A DNA stretch of 63,706 nt, counting the filler, from Welwitschia mirabilis (lineage: Eukaryota): the NCBI GenBank assembly GCA_051453625.1. It is 5 parts of one record of this genome, joined end to end, with 100 filler letters (N's around TTAATTAATTAA, not from the genome) between each part and the next. Parts side by side here need not be neighbours in the genome. Positions count along the whole stretch, not along the records: positions 15,506 to 44,812 come from JBOZIK010000001.1; 4 more parts are not named here. One strand, written 5' to 3'. The notes under the pieces are model-generated. The model was not told the origin of the DNA, ran no database searches, and saw nothing but the letters and a program-made list of their open reading frames with translations. A program made the translations under genes and the position numbers. Shown piece after piece: positions 28,311 to 42,290 of this stretch. Numbering within the stretch: position 1 is the first letter of the stretch; the number at the start of each line of letters is the position of its first letter.

Positions 28311-31300
28311 ATGTCGAACATTATGCAAAAGCAAAAACAAGTCATAGGATCTTCAACCCCTAGTCCTAATATCAATCTTAAGAAATTAATAGCCAATAGA
28401 AAATGGGAAATGCAAACTTCTTTTAATTTACCCCTAAGAGATAACATTGAATTAAAGAATATAAATATCTATCCCATCTTTAGTGCTGAACACAATGAGG
28501 ATCCCCTTCAACACACTGCGGACATAAATAGTTAGTTCTTACCTCTACAAATGGAAAGAAAAGGATTAGTAATCATATCTATATGGTCATTTTTTCAATC
28601 ATATTGAAAGAAAAGGCAAAATTTTAGTTGAAAACTATATCCACAAGAGTCTAAAAACTTGGAATCTAGTTTAAGAAGTATTTATTAAAAGATTTATAAG
28701 TAAAGCAACTATTAAGAAAAGAAAGAAAGAAGTGAAAAATCTCAAACAACAACCAAGCAAGGATTATGCTTCTACATATAAATACTTCTTTATCATAGTT
28801 CACTCTAATCCAATAGACACTTTTGCATAATAAGAGCTATTTGATTACTTTTACAGTGGGCTAAACAGCTAAACAAAAATTATATATTTCTATTATAGTG
28901 GAAACTTAAAAAACCTCATATTAGAAAATGGTTAAAAAACATTAGAGGAACTTGTAGAAGTGTGCCAAATGTGGTCAACATCAAGAAATAACCATATTAT
29001 AGGGAAAATCATCAAATCTTTAAAACAAGTAAATCAAGAAAAGAAGATGAATAAAACTAAATGCAATCCTACAAATTTGATTAGATATTTCACAATAACT
29101 TTGGAAAGATATACTAAGATGATTTTAGATGTGAAATCAGTAACTGAAAAGGATGTTATGTCAACATATGATTTATGTGAGAATAACTATTACATATCTA
29201 AAGATACTCCACTATTACTAACATAAACAGAGAAGATACATGAAGAAGTTTGTACTTACAACCAAAAATTTTCAAACTTCTAAAACTAAAACTAAAACTA
29301 GTCATAACTTAGGATAAACTCACAATACAAATTCTAAACCTTTTATAATAAGTTCAAAAATTTTTAAACCAATTTTCAACTTCTTAAAAATCATTTTCAA
29401 AATTGAAACTTTCAATCAAGCCCATCAAATTTTCAACATCAAGATAATCCACTTTAAAAACTTATGAAATTATAAGAAAAGTGAAATACCAACATTAAAA
29501 GCCTAGTAAATGTCCTTCAACAAACCATGTTAATAAATCAAAGACCACAAGAATCATTAGCAACACAACATTTTCCAAATTCCAATAAAGTAAGAAGAGA
29601 TTATAAGGTTGTAACATGAAGTAAACCCTCCTTATTATGAAGTATCAACCTTTCAAAATGACACTAGAGATGATGAGGAAGAAGGGGACATCAAAATATT
29701 AGAAAATTACAACTTCCCTTATCTTAGTAAAAGTAAAAGGAAAAATTCTTTATGACAATCAAAAAAGAAACCAGCCACTCATTAGCTTGATAGGCTTAAT
29801 ACTCATTTAACTCTCAATGAACATCTCAAAACCTTAATGAAAAATGTAAGTATAAATGTATCCTTCTGGAAACTTTTATAATAAAATTTAAGGTACTCAA
29901 ATCTATGGAAATACTTAACAAGAATAAAATAAAAATAAGTTATTCCTAATAATTTTTTTTTAGCTCAATCCCTCACAAATTTAGAATTATAAAAATCTCC
30001 AAAATTTAAGAATCCATACGCAGCAATAGTAGTATTACACTAGAGGGAGACAAAAAGAATAAAAGAGCTTTAATTAACATGGGAGCGAGTGTTAACATTA
30101 TGCTATTACACATTTGTAAGAGACTTGGTTTAAAAGGTATAATAAAGCCTCCTTAGATTCTCTTAAGGTTAGTAGATACATTGGTTAAGAAACCCTTAGG
30201 GATCATCAAAGATTTTGCTCTCCAAATTGAAGAGGCCTTTGACTCAATTAATGTGGTTGTCATAGAAATAAAACATAATAGAGATTATCCATTACTTTTA
30301 AGAAAAACCTTCTATGCAATATCTCATTGCACTATCGATACAAGGACTGAGATGATGGAGTCTTACCGAGAAAATAAAAGGTTTTCAATTAGAGTTTTTG
30401 ATGTAGCTAAGAAAGACCTAGGTGATGAATGGGATGTATAAAATCATATTAAACTAACCTTACTCTTTCAACATCATTTCCTTAAGAAAAAATGTCTAAT
30501 GTTACATGAACCTACACTTTATAATAATCCACTTAAAATTAAAAACCTAGAAGATTTTGATACATCTAGTTCTACACATTTAGAAAATCACTTTTTAGAT
30601 CAAAATGAAGAATAAACTAAATCGTTAGTCTATAAGAAAGTCCAACTATTAATAACAAGTGAAAACTTACATTTTAAAGGAAATCATCTATTGCATGAGT
30701 CAGAAACTAAAAATCTTAATTTGAATTTGAATTTGAAAAATACTCCTAGTGGACTAAAATATATTTTTCTCTATAATAATCAAAACAAACCTCTTATAAT
30801 AAATAAAAATATTTTCCTTGAATAAGAATCAATCTTAACCTCCATTTTAACTTTTAAAATTTGTGCATTTACTTCATCTCGTAAAGATTTATCTGTCATT
30901 CCTCCTTATATTATTTAACATAAAATCTATCTTGAGAAAAATGTGAAACCTATTAAGTAACTATAAAGAAGATTAAGTTAGCACTTAAATAAGTAGTTAA
31001 AAGTGAAATCATTAAGTTAATAGATTCTAAAATCATTTACGCTATATCAGATAGTGAATGGATTAGTCCCTTTGACTATAGTAACAAAAAAGTGTGGGAA
31101 ATGAAGAGTTTGTATAGATTTTAGAAAATTAAATAAAGTCACAAAGAAAGACCCACTATCCTTTCTTAACCAGATCCTTGATAGGATTCAAGAACATGCT
31201 TTATATTACTTTTTAAATGGATATAGCAGTTATAACCAAGTTTTTATAATTAGCAAAGACTAGGCCAAAGCAAATTTTACTTCACCTTTTAAGATGTTTT

Positions 31301-33548
31301 CTTTTAGATGAATGCCTTTTAGATTATGTAATGCTCTTGGAACTTTGGAATGTTCTATGATGGATACCTTTTTAGACATATTATAAGATTCAATCGAAAT
31401 CTTTATGGATGCCTTTTCTATCTTTAAAAAAACCTTTAATCAAATCTTAAAAAGATTAGAAAAGGTCTTTGATAGGTGCATAGAGTTTGGCCTTCATTTA
31501 AGTTTGGAAAAGAGCTTATTCTTAGTTAAAAGTGGAATTGTTCTAGGCCACTACATTTCTAAAAGAGGAATTAAGATGGACCTTAAGAAGGTTGGTATCA
31601 TCCAATACCTAACTCCTCCAACCAATGTTAAGCAACTCTAATCTTTTCTTAGATATTATGGTTTTTATCATTATTTCATATAAGATTATGCTAAAATTTA
31701 TAAACCCCTATACTTATTACTAAAAAAAGAAGCTAAATTTGATTGAAATACATCTTGTTATCTTGCTTTCAATCAACTCAAACATAAACTCTCTTATGCT
31801 CCTATCGTAATGGGACCTAATTGGGAAAAAAATTTGAGTTCATGTGAAATACTAGTAATTTTGCTGTAGGTGGGATGCTTGGGTATAAATATAAAAATAA
31901 CTTTAAAGTTATATCTCACCATAGTAAAACATTATCCAAAGATCAAGTAAATTATTTAACTATGAAGAAAGAAATGTTAGCCATAATCTTTTACCTCAAT
32001 CCTTTTATGCATTATCTTTTAGGCTTCCATATGAATGTTTATACAAATCATGTAGTGATTAAATACCTAATGACTAATAAAGATTCTAATGCTAGTTGAT
32101 TTGATGGATCCTCTTAATGTAAGAATTCATACTCATCATTATAGATAAGGCAAGAAAACACAACAACATAGCATATCACTTATCACATCTTACTTCTTTT
32201 TTTGATGATCGGCGTATTAGTGATTCTTTTTCAGATGAATAACTATTTGTTGTATCTGCTACTCATCTCCCTCCATGGTATGTAGATATAATCAAGTATC
32301 TTGTTACTTTAAAAACACCACAAAATTAGAGTTATGATTAAAGAAAATCTTCTCTCCATCAAATAGGTGACTATGAGTGGATAGCATTCCATCTTTATTG
32401 TAGATGTAAGAATCAAATTATGAAAAAATTTGTACCAGAATGGGAAAATACTAATATCCTTCAGCTTTTTCATGATGGTATTTGTGGTGGACATTTTAGT
32501 AGTTAGAAACAATCCATGAAGATTCTCCACTTTAGATTCTATTGGCCTATTCTTTTTTAGGACTCTTTTGAGTATGCTAAAAGGTATGATGCATGTTAAT
32601 GTTTTAATCTTTTATGATCATAGGAAATACCCCTCAAACCTATTCTTAAATGTAAATCTTTTAACTATTAGGGAATCAATTTTATAGGTCCAATTTAATA
32701 ATATTTTAAAGACAAAATTTACATCATATGGCTATGTATTATGTGACTAAATGGGTTGAAGCAGTTCCTACTTTCTCAAATGATTCTTGAAATATCTGTA
32801 ACTTTGTTAGAACTTAAATTTTTTAACACTTTGGTTTTCCTTGAATAATCACTAGTGATTAGGGAATTCACTTTATTAACCATCTTTTTATAAAACTTAT
32901 TTTATTCATTAATATAGAACATCATGTAGCTTATGCTTATCATCCTCAAACTAATGAACAAGCTAAAAATGTTAATAAAAAAATGGAAAAAATTCTTTAA
33001 AACTTGTATCTAATAATAAAAAGTTATGGGATTTTAAACTAAATGATTTTCTTTGGGCTTAACATACCCCTTGGCATAATTTACTTGGTTTTTCATTATG
33101 AACTTATATATGGTAAATTCTGTATTTTACTTGTTGATGTTTATTACAACTCTTATTATTCTACACATTAGCTCAATTAAATCATTTAGATAAAAAAAGA
33201 ACTCAAGATATTTATCATCAACTTATTCAAAAAGATCAAAGTAATTTCAAATGTGATAAAAAGCTAATCCATAAGAACTTTAAACCTAGTTAATTAGTCT
33301 GGTTATACAACACTAAGGTACATCTTTTACATAACATGTTAACCTCAAAATGGAAAGATACTTACCTTATTAAGAAAGTACATTCTAATGGCTCTATTGA
33401 GATTTCTAACTTAAGCACTAAACAAATTCAGAAAGTTAATGGAAAAAGCTTTAAAATATATCAGCAATCTTCTAATATAAACATGATAGAAGTACTAGCC
33501 TTAGACATTCCCTTTGATGAGGATGACTTCTTTCCTATCATTGTCTAA
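28311..33548 (+). pseudogene. gag-pol pseudogene of B
   Basis: EDPLQH, LINMGASVNIM, WISPLTIV..KCGK*RVCIDFRKLN, FLVKSGIVLGHYIS, QVNYLTMKKEML, HDGICGGHF, AYHPQTN, terminal KVNG motif. Collinear with A. Confidence 0.92.
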
Positions 33549-35176
33549 ATTTTCTCTTAGCTTTTTACTTTGAAGACCATTATGATATTACTTCTTATCA
33601 TTCAAACATGACTTATGTATTTATTTTCATAATTAGTTTTTAACTTAGTTATTTTATAATGGTAAGATTGGATTCCCCCAATCTTAAGACATTCACATAT
33701 CTATGAACTTTATTTTTAAGGAAGATTCTTTATTTCTAATGTTTTTCTCAATGATGAAAAGGTCTTAAATTGTTTAAGAGTGTTCTTTTTTGCCTTTTAT
33801 GTTATTACTTTACCTTTGTCTTTGAGAGTGTTTGGTCATGTGGAATGTTTCTTTAGTGCAAAAAAAAAAGTAAAATAACATCATGATATTTTATACTTGA
33901 GTTAGCTTAAAAACATAGTTATCATGATGTCCTACCGCAGGTATACTAGGGAAAATTTTCTTGAGAAGATCCTTTAGTAGTATAATACAGTAGCTATGGG
34001 AACTCCACTTAGAGGTTAGTTGGTCATGCTTTGCAGGTCCTTACTTCTTTAACTGTGGTTTCACTACCCTCATTATGGATAGTTAGATAATAAAATAATA
34101 AAAACTTGGAGGCTATAGAATCAAGGGTATTCTTTTTGTTATTAGAGGTATTTCTTGTATTCTACACTCTTAGTCTTTCTATGTGATCATTTTATTTCTA
34201 AGGATTTAGATGTTTGTTTTGAGATGTAAGCAGGTAAGTGCATTTTTAAGTAAGTATTTAATCTTATGACTTATTGTTTAAAGAATTTTATTTTTAGAAT
34301 TATCATAACCACTGCCTTAAGGAATGGAATTTTTTATATATTAAGTCATGCATTTTAAAATTAAGTGATGTTATGATTTCTTCCACATGAGTATGCTAGG
34401 CCAAATTTAGAGTAAATAAGCTATCTTCTTTATTTTCTTATGTTCATTCTTTTTGTTTTCTTTTGTTGTTTAGTTAGTTATTTTAAAGTAATTTTTGTAT
34501 TTTCTTATCATTTTAGAACCTTAACATTTAATTGTTTTCTTACTTGGTTTTTAATAAATAATTCATTTCTTGCTTAGATGAATTTCCTTAACAATTTTTT
34601 GATGTTTATTTTTGATCTTTTGGAGTTCTAAACATTGCTATTTATTATTTATGATGGCACATTTGTTATGCATTCATNNNNNNNNNNACTTGCTTCATCC
34701 TAATTAGTCCATTTTCATTGTCTATTATTTCCATGCTCGTCAAAATATTTCACACATCTTTAGTTTTCAAAATTGATATTTCTACACTTAACTTTGCACT
34801 TAATTTCTCAAATGTCAAAAATTCAAAAGCACCCATTATATGTCTTTTCATTATAACATATTGATTTCATCTAATTTTCTTACTTTATTAGCCAATACAA
34901 GATGTATTATTTTTCTCAAGGGAGGGTAGGACTCATTTTCAAGATTCATTTTTTATAATTTATAGATCAAAAAGCTCTTATGTAAAATAAATTTTACAAT
35001 TTTTGACTTCATACACATGATACGTTACATGCTATTTTGATATGTGATATTTATAATATTATTTATGAGCTTCTTATATAATTTTCAAATTAATTTTTTT
35101 AAAGATAACTTGACTCTTAATTGTAGTTGTTTGTCCACTTTTTATCAAGAACTAATAAAGGCTAAGTTGGATGCTA

Positions 35177-36405
35177 TGATGCACTACCAAATTCTATGTA
35201 TTTGATGAGGTATTATGAGCTATTTTGTAGGACATTTATATAGGCTTAGATACAATTCTGAGGATTATTAAAATTTGATGAATGATCTTAGAAATGTGTA
35301 ATTATTGGCATGTTTAAAGGTATTCAAAGAATATTCTAATACATTATGCCTTTAATGAAGATCATTAATGAAAAAGGCTAGCTTCTTTTGAGTTGTAAGG
35401 ACAAAGAATATTATCATTCCCTCTAGATAAGACAAGAATGCTATATAAGACACATAGGAATGTTGACATGGACTAGAGCTAGTACTATTAAAGTCATCTT
35501 TTCTAAGGGTTATTGTCCCCATGGTCATCCCAAAAATATGCAAGATGATGAATGTAACATTTGTGTTATCATCCCCTTAGTCATTCTTACAATAGACAAG
35601 ATAACACCTGTAACAGTCAGTTGACCTTTATCTGTTTCATCTATTTCTTTCTTAGAATTAGCATGTTTTGTAATGTATTTTATGTGATGATTTCACCTTT
35701 TTAGCCCTATAAATAAGACTCCCCTGTGACTCTTGTATCCATCTTTGTTTGCATCAGACATACTCATGATAGGAGATTAAAGAACAAGAGATCCATCTTG
35801 TAAGTTGGAGAAAGACATTTCCTTGGTATTAGATTATGCATTCTCCATTATAGTAAGACTATATTGTAACCCAAATATTGCTTTGATTATGAATATAAAA
35901 CTCTGTTTCTTTTATGCATTAATACTATTTAATATTACTTATGGTTTATTTTATTCTTAATTTAGTGACTAGCTCATTAATGACATAGGTTATAAAGGCA
36001 GCCTTTATTAAAAATGACAAAAATAGTTTAGATTCATTTTGCATTACATTTATTTAACTCACTTGATATCCTAATTTATTCTTAATTAGTGACATTTGCC
36101 TTGGCTAATTTTTGGTTAATAAGACTGATCCTCCTAGCAAGTCGATTTAGTAATTGAATAGGTATTCATTTAGATTAAGTAATATTTGCATTGCATTACA
36201 TAGTTATTTTCTTGCATTACTTCTAAGTTTTGCATGCCATATTTTCTTTGAAAATCAATTCTCCTTCTTCACTCACATGCCTTTGATGGGTTTGCAACAT
36301 TTAAGTAACTCTCATTTATACTAAAGTATTATATTGTATAATATATATATTTTGATTAATAGGATTTAAGTAAGACGAGAAGTTAAAAAAATACATACTA
36401 CAATA
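35177..36405 (+). repeat. 3' LTR of B
   Basis: Starts TGATGCACTACC after the PPT; ends ACAATA followed by the TSD ATCAC. Confidence 0.92.
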
Positions 36406-37213
36406 ATCACACTTGAAAAAAGGATATCCATGGTTGAGAGAAGAGTATAGTAAATTAAAAAGTAGTTGGTTTATGTGAATTAGCACATATTACACATTAA
36501 ACATGATGTAATATTGGACCTTCTAGAGGTAGCTTTACTATAGGAGATGAGATAGTACACTCCATTATGATACTACTGAACCTATTTGTCCCTGCAAATC
36601 CTAAGCACCCTTTTGCTTTTCCACCTGCACCTAAGCCTACTACATATTAGGAGTTCATTATGATATGAAAGAGTACTAATCTATTATGTTGTATTATGTA
36701 TCTTACCTTCATGGGTTATATAAAACACATGAATTTTATAGACATATCATTTATTGAGTATCATCATGGTGTACATTTTTATTACTAAGATATTATGCAT
36801 ATCTTTTACGTTTCATTTTTGACACTACATAATGAGCATTTTACTTATGTTATACATAATTTTTTAAGTATCTATCATACATTCAAGTGGGGAACTTTTA
36901 ATATTAATGCATTTTAATGTTTATCCTTCTAAAAAAAATTTTGTAGGCTTTTGTTTTTTAAGACTAATTTTTGAGTCTGTTATCCCCTTCATTATCTAGA
37001 TGACCACTAGGATGATATTATGGCCACTTAAACTATAGAGGTGAAATAATCAGTTATCTATTTTTGAAATTTCTGTTCTGCGTGCTAGGGTCTTTGAGAT
37101 TATTTTTTATTTATTTCATAGATTTCTAGTTAATTTATCTTTAGCCAATTTGCTTGTAATTATGGTTGTTTGCCTAGTTTTGTTAGGAACTAATAAGGCT
37201 AAGTTAGAGGTAA

Positions 37214-38446
37214 TGTTGCACTATAAAATTGTATATTATTGATAGCATATTTTTAGTTTTATAGGACATTAGACATGTTTATGCTAAGTTTTGATGATAA
37301 TAGAGAGATAAGGCAAATATTACAAAAACATGTAATCTTCATTACATTTAATAGCATTTAAAGAAAATTGTAATACTTTCTATTTTAATTAGTAATCCTA
37401 TAATCAAATAGGCTAATCTTACACAAGAAACATCTTTATGAAGCCCATTGTCCACCTAATCATCTGAATAACTATATAGACAATAGAAGTACTTATGCTA
37501 ATAAGGACACTTTTTAGACTAATCTAGAAGCTGATGTGGAGCTAGCATGATGTAGCATCATATCCCATAACATCTGAATGATAAATAGGATGAAATCTAA
37601 AAATAATACTTTATCAAACTTCACCAAACTTTTGTCATGTGTCTTATACCTTGTTGTATGACTATTAGGATTTTTACCACATCTTTTAGTGTTTTATGTC
37701 TTTAGAGTCTATTTTATAATAAATACCTCCTTTTCTCTTAACTTTGATTTTATCTTCTTTGGCATCTGAAATTATCATGATAGGAGATCGAAGGGTAGGA
37801 GGTCCATCTCTTATTATTGTAGAGAGATATTTTTCTTAGTGTTGGGCTATATATCCTTCATTAAGATGTTGCTACTTTATAAAATGGATGTTGGTTCAAC
37901 TTAATTAAAAACTTTTTTTTTAATATCATTTGTTATGTACATCTTTCTTATGGTTTATGTTGCTTATGATTCTATAATAGCTTCATCTATAATATAGATC
38001 ACAAGGGTAACCTTTATTAAGGTTGATGTTATTAGTATAGGTTCATTGCAGTTCATTTCCTAAATTAACTTTGCATAGTTTTCATATTTTATTTGATGCA
38101 TCTAATAATTAGTTTGGTCTTGATCTGGTGATGGATTTCCTTGATTAATGTAGGCTATACAGGGTCAATCTCCATAACAAGTTAATTTGATAATCAAATA
38201 GATATTTCATTTAGAATAGAGCTTACATCTCGTTTGTATTATATGTTTATTTGCATTGTAATCTTTTATTATTATTATTTTACTTAGATATTATGTATTA
38301 TTTCATTTTGAAATTAATTCTTTTTCTTTTTACTTGTGCCTTCGATGCAATTATGACATTTGAATCACTAATATATACATATATATATTAGTGATTTTGA
38401 ATATTTGTTTAAGGATGTAATGTTTACACAAGTATACACTACAATA
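37214..38446 (+). repeat. 3' LTR of A
   Basis: Starts TGTTGCAC after GCTAAGTTAGAGGTAA. Its end region matches 15506-15590 and it is homologous to the B LTRs. Confidence 0.85.
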
Positions 38447-38449
38447 TCC

Positions 38450-41400
38450 ATAATGTAACCATAACATCTCATGAATGTAAATTTGTAGAATTATTAAGGC
38501 ATGTATTGCATATGCATCTAAATGGAGAAGCTTAAGGAAATATCATTATTGATAGTTTTCTTCCTTCTATTATTACCAAAGTATTCATGTTTTAACTTAG
38601 AAATCTAGTAGAGGCTATAAAAAAGGCAAACATAGAAAAATAAAATTAGTAGAGATAATAAGAAAGTAAGAAAAAAAATTTTCCATACGGGCATATACTT
38701 AAGGAAAATTGATCACAATTTTTTTATCGAAATAAGAATTAGTAATTTAGCAAATATAATATCAATAGTTGTAATGGTAGAAATAGGAATTTTAATCAAC
38801 TTAAAAAGGCTCAGTTCAAAAGAAACTAAAATGATCCTAGTCAAAGCTATGTAAGTAATTAATCTAAAAGATCCAAATTCCAATAAATTCCTAGTCAGAA
38901 TTAGCACTATAACTAATATAATGATAGATATAATTTCTTTTATTAAAAAGAAAACCATAATATAAGATAATCTAAATTATGTAATAAAGACTCTTGTAGA
39001 TAATAATCAAAAATTCTTTAAGGATTAAAAAGCATTCCTTAATCAATAGGAAGACTTCAAGCAGTAGTAAATAATCAATGGATGTAATTCGAGAGCTTTA
39101 TCATAGAAGGAAGTATTTACTTAATAATAAAGAAGTTAGTATTTTATTTGATTATGGAGTAATTCATTTTTCATATATCCTAGGAATTTTGTAAAAGAAA
39201 AATTATTTGTCCTCTAATTGAAGGATTCATATAGCTAGAAAATGGCTCCATGTCCAAGATTAATTAGTAGATCAAAAACTATATTTTATCCAAATGTGAA
39301 GGGTATTTTTAGATATAACCAATTACTATCTACTTAGGAAAATATGACATTTATTTGAGTATGAATTGGTTAATGTGGAATAGAGTAGTTATAAATTGTA
39401 AAAGAAATTTAAATAGAAATGATAAATCATAGTTAAAGACTGATCTTTTAAGCTCATTATAAATCAATAATAGAGAATATAATTAATGAAAGGCATATAA
39501 AGATATGAATTAAGAAGGGATCATCATTTTATATGCTATACATAAAACCAATTATCTTGAGGAAAGGAATCATATAAAATATCTCCTATAAAAATAAAAG
39601 AATTAAAAAATTTAACTTGAAGAACTATTATAGAAAGAATTCATTCCTCTTATTGTATCATCATTGGGACAAACTATATTATTTTTAAAAAAGAATAATT
39701 AAATACTAAGATTATTTATTGATTATATAGAGCTAAATAAGATGATTATTATTAACAAGTATCTACTACCAAGAGTATGTGAGCTTTTTTTATTAGCTTA
39801 AGGAAGCTAAGGTGTTTTCATAAATTGATCTAAAATCTATATATCACCAACTTTAAATTAAAAAATATATTTATAAAATAGCATTTAAAATCCATTATGG
39901 ATATTATGAGTTCACTATTAGACCTTTTAGTTTAATTAATACCCCTATAATATTTATGAGTCTTATGAATTATATCTTTCAACCACATCTTGGTTTATTT
40001 GTAATGGCATTTATTGATGATACTTTCATTTATTCCAAGGCTTATAAAGAGCATGAGAAACACTTTAGAATAGTATTATAAACTTTAAAAAATCATTACT
40101 TATATGTTAACAAGAAAAAATGATCTTTTTGAAAGGAATCCATTCAATTTATAAGTCATGTAGTATCCAAGGAAGCTGTTTTAGTCAATCGAGATAAAGT
40201 TAAAGTAATCATAAAATAGCCAATACCTATAAATGTTACTAAGGTTAGAAGATTTTTTGGTCTTACTAGGTACTATCATTAGCTCATCTTTAACTTTTTA
40301 AGATATCTTATTCATTAATAATCCTTTAAAAAAATTACTACCAATGGACATAAAAACATCATCAAGCATTTAATTATTTTAAAGAATGCTTAACTAGTGC
40401 TCTAGTCTTAGCAATACTAAATGATTTAAAAACCTTTGAAGTTTATACTGATTAATTTTAATAAGGTCTTAGAGAAATTCTTAAATAAGATAAAATAGTA
40501 ATAGCTTATGAATTAAGATAACTTAAAACTCATAAGAGAAATTATTTATGATCTTGAATTAGCTGCAGTAACTTTTGCTTTAAAATTANNNNNNNNNNNN
40601 NNNNNNNNNNNNNNNNNNNNNNNNNNNNNNNNNNNNNNNNNNNNNNNNNNNNNNNNNNNNNNNNNNNNNNNNNNNNNNNNNNNNNNNNAGAAGCATTATC
40701 TTTATGGTGTAAAGTTTCAAATTTGAATAGATTATAAAAGTCTAAAATACATTTTTGCTTATCTAAACTTAAACCTTAGATAGATAAGATGGATGGGATT
40801 TGTATGTGATTTTCATTTAGAGATTTTACATAATGAAGGTAAGTAAAATAAGTTACAGATGCTCTTAGTAGATGAGGTTATTTCAAAGTAATCATGAAAA
40901 TGTAAATCCAAATTCCTATCATTAATTTATAGGGACAAAGAAAAGATTAAAATTATCAAAAATTCAAGGACAAACTAGAAAAATCAATAAGAGCATTTTA
41001 GTATTAATTTAGATGTTATTATTAGATTTAAGGGAATATTTTTGTTTCTAATCTAGATGGAATTAGAAATAAGTTAAGGTTTGAATTTCATAATTCACCT
41101 AGAGCAAGTTATTTTAAAAGAACTAAAATATATTAAAATATGAAATAAAATTTTTGATGATTAAGGATAAAAAAGAATACAGCAAAGTTTGTGTTAAGGT
41201 GTTTTAATTATCCATAAGTTAAGTAGAACATAAAAATCTAGTAGGATTACTTTATCCACATGATATTCTATAATAGAGATGGGATGTAATTTGCATAGAC
41301 TTTATTATAAAACTTCTAAAAACTCTTGCATAATGTCTCTTTAGTAATTATCTCTGATAAAGTTTTAAAATTTAATTTCAAATTTTAGTGAGAATTACAA

Positions 41401-42208
41401 ATATGTTTAGAAACCAAGTTTAAAATGAGGACTACATTTCATCCTCAAATAGATGATAAGATAAAAAGAGTTAATTAAATTTTAAAGGATCTTCTTAGGG
41501 CATGTATTCTATAGAACACTAAAAGTTGGAAAGATTACCTGACATTGATAGAATTTTAATATAGTTAAAATTATCAAAATTTAATTCAAATGAATGCATT
41601 TGAAGCACTAGACAGTAAAAAGTATAGAACACTTAGTTGATGGACAGAATATGAAGTAAGATTGATTATAATACTAAAAATGTTATAAGAAATGAAAAGT
41701 GAAATAAGGATCATTAAGAATAGACTTAAAAAGGTGGTAAATAAACAACATACACATGTAGATCATCAAAAAAGGGAATTTGAGTTCAAAGTAAATGATC
41801 ATATAATTTTTTACAGTGTCATCAATGAAATCTATATTGAGAGAAGTTAAGAGATCAAGATTATCTCCTTGATTCATTGGACCATTTAAAATATTAAAAG
41901 GAATTATACCTATTCAATATAATCTTTCTCTATCTCCTCGATTATTGAATATTAATGATGTTTTCCATGTAAGTATGCTAATAAAATATATTGTAGATCT
42001 TTTTCATGTGTTAAAGTAATCTCATATTTTAGTGAAACTAGATTGTTTAACTATAGAGAAGTCAAAAGCAATTTTGAACCAATGAACTATCAATATATAA
42101 AAACGGAAGATCTAATAAGTGAAGATAAAGTAAAGTAATTATAGTATTAATGAAGATACTTAGGAGCTAAAAGAAATAAGGGAAAATCAATATCCAAATC
42201 TTTTCTAA
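38450..42208 (+). pseudogene. Rest of gag and pol (PR-RT-RH-INT-chromodomain) of C
   Basis: LFDYGVIHF (LFDSGA.HSF), LFIDYIELNK, NKYLLPR, KIDLKS.YHQL, AFIDD, IAYELR*LK, WDVICIDFI, TTFHPQID, VFHVSML, EDT*E..ENQYPNLF* (Tekay-type chromodomain end). Confidence 0.9.
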
Positions 42209-42277
42209 ATCTCATAATATTTAGTTAGGTGTTTTTAAACTCCTTATATATCTTGATTTCCAAGAGTGAATTAGTAT

Positions 42278-42290
42278 AAGGGGGAGAGGA
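42278..42290 (+). promoter_or_regulatory. Polypurine tract of C
   Basis: AAGGGGGAGAGGA immediately before TGTCATACC. Confidence 0.9.

Larger units (their letters stand above)
25537..36405 (+). mobile_element. Element B: complete Athila-like element, same family as A, without the extra ORF
   Basis: LTRs at 25537-26775 and 35177-36405, perfect TSD ATCAC (25532-25536, 36406-36410), PBS at 26779-26796, PPT at ~35162-35176, gag-pol at 28311-33548. Confidence 0.92.
24567..36680 (+). pseudogene. Extra 3' ORF of A (Athila env-like / plant-transposon-protein type), split by B into ~24567-25536 and 36411-~36680
   Basis: Coding-like, GC-richer island between T-rich flanks. Basic start (GQGKGKGSRVG), coiled-coil-like TLEKRISMVERR right after B's TSD, Pro-rich end (FPPAPKPT). 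Lies between pol and the PPT. Family assignment is inferred from position. Confidence 0.55.
15402..38446 (+). mobile_element. Element A: Athila-like Ty3/gypsy element with an extra 3' ORF; most of the 5' LTR is lost in a gap
   Basis: LTR end ..TTACAACA at 15590, decayed tRNA-Asp PBS at 15594-15611, gag-pol at ~16305-21680, PPT at ~37199-37213, 3' LTR at 37214-38446. Possible TSD TCTAT/TCCAT; the left edge is uncertain by 1-2 nt. Confidence 0.82.
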
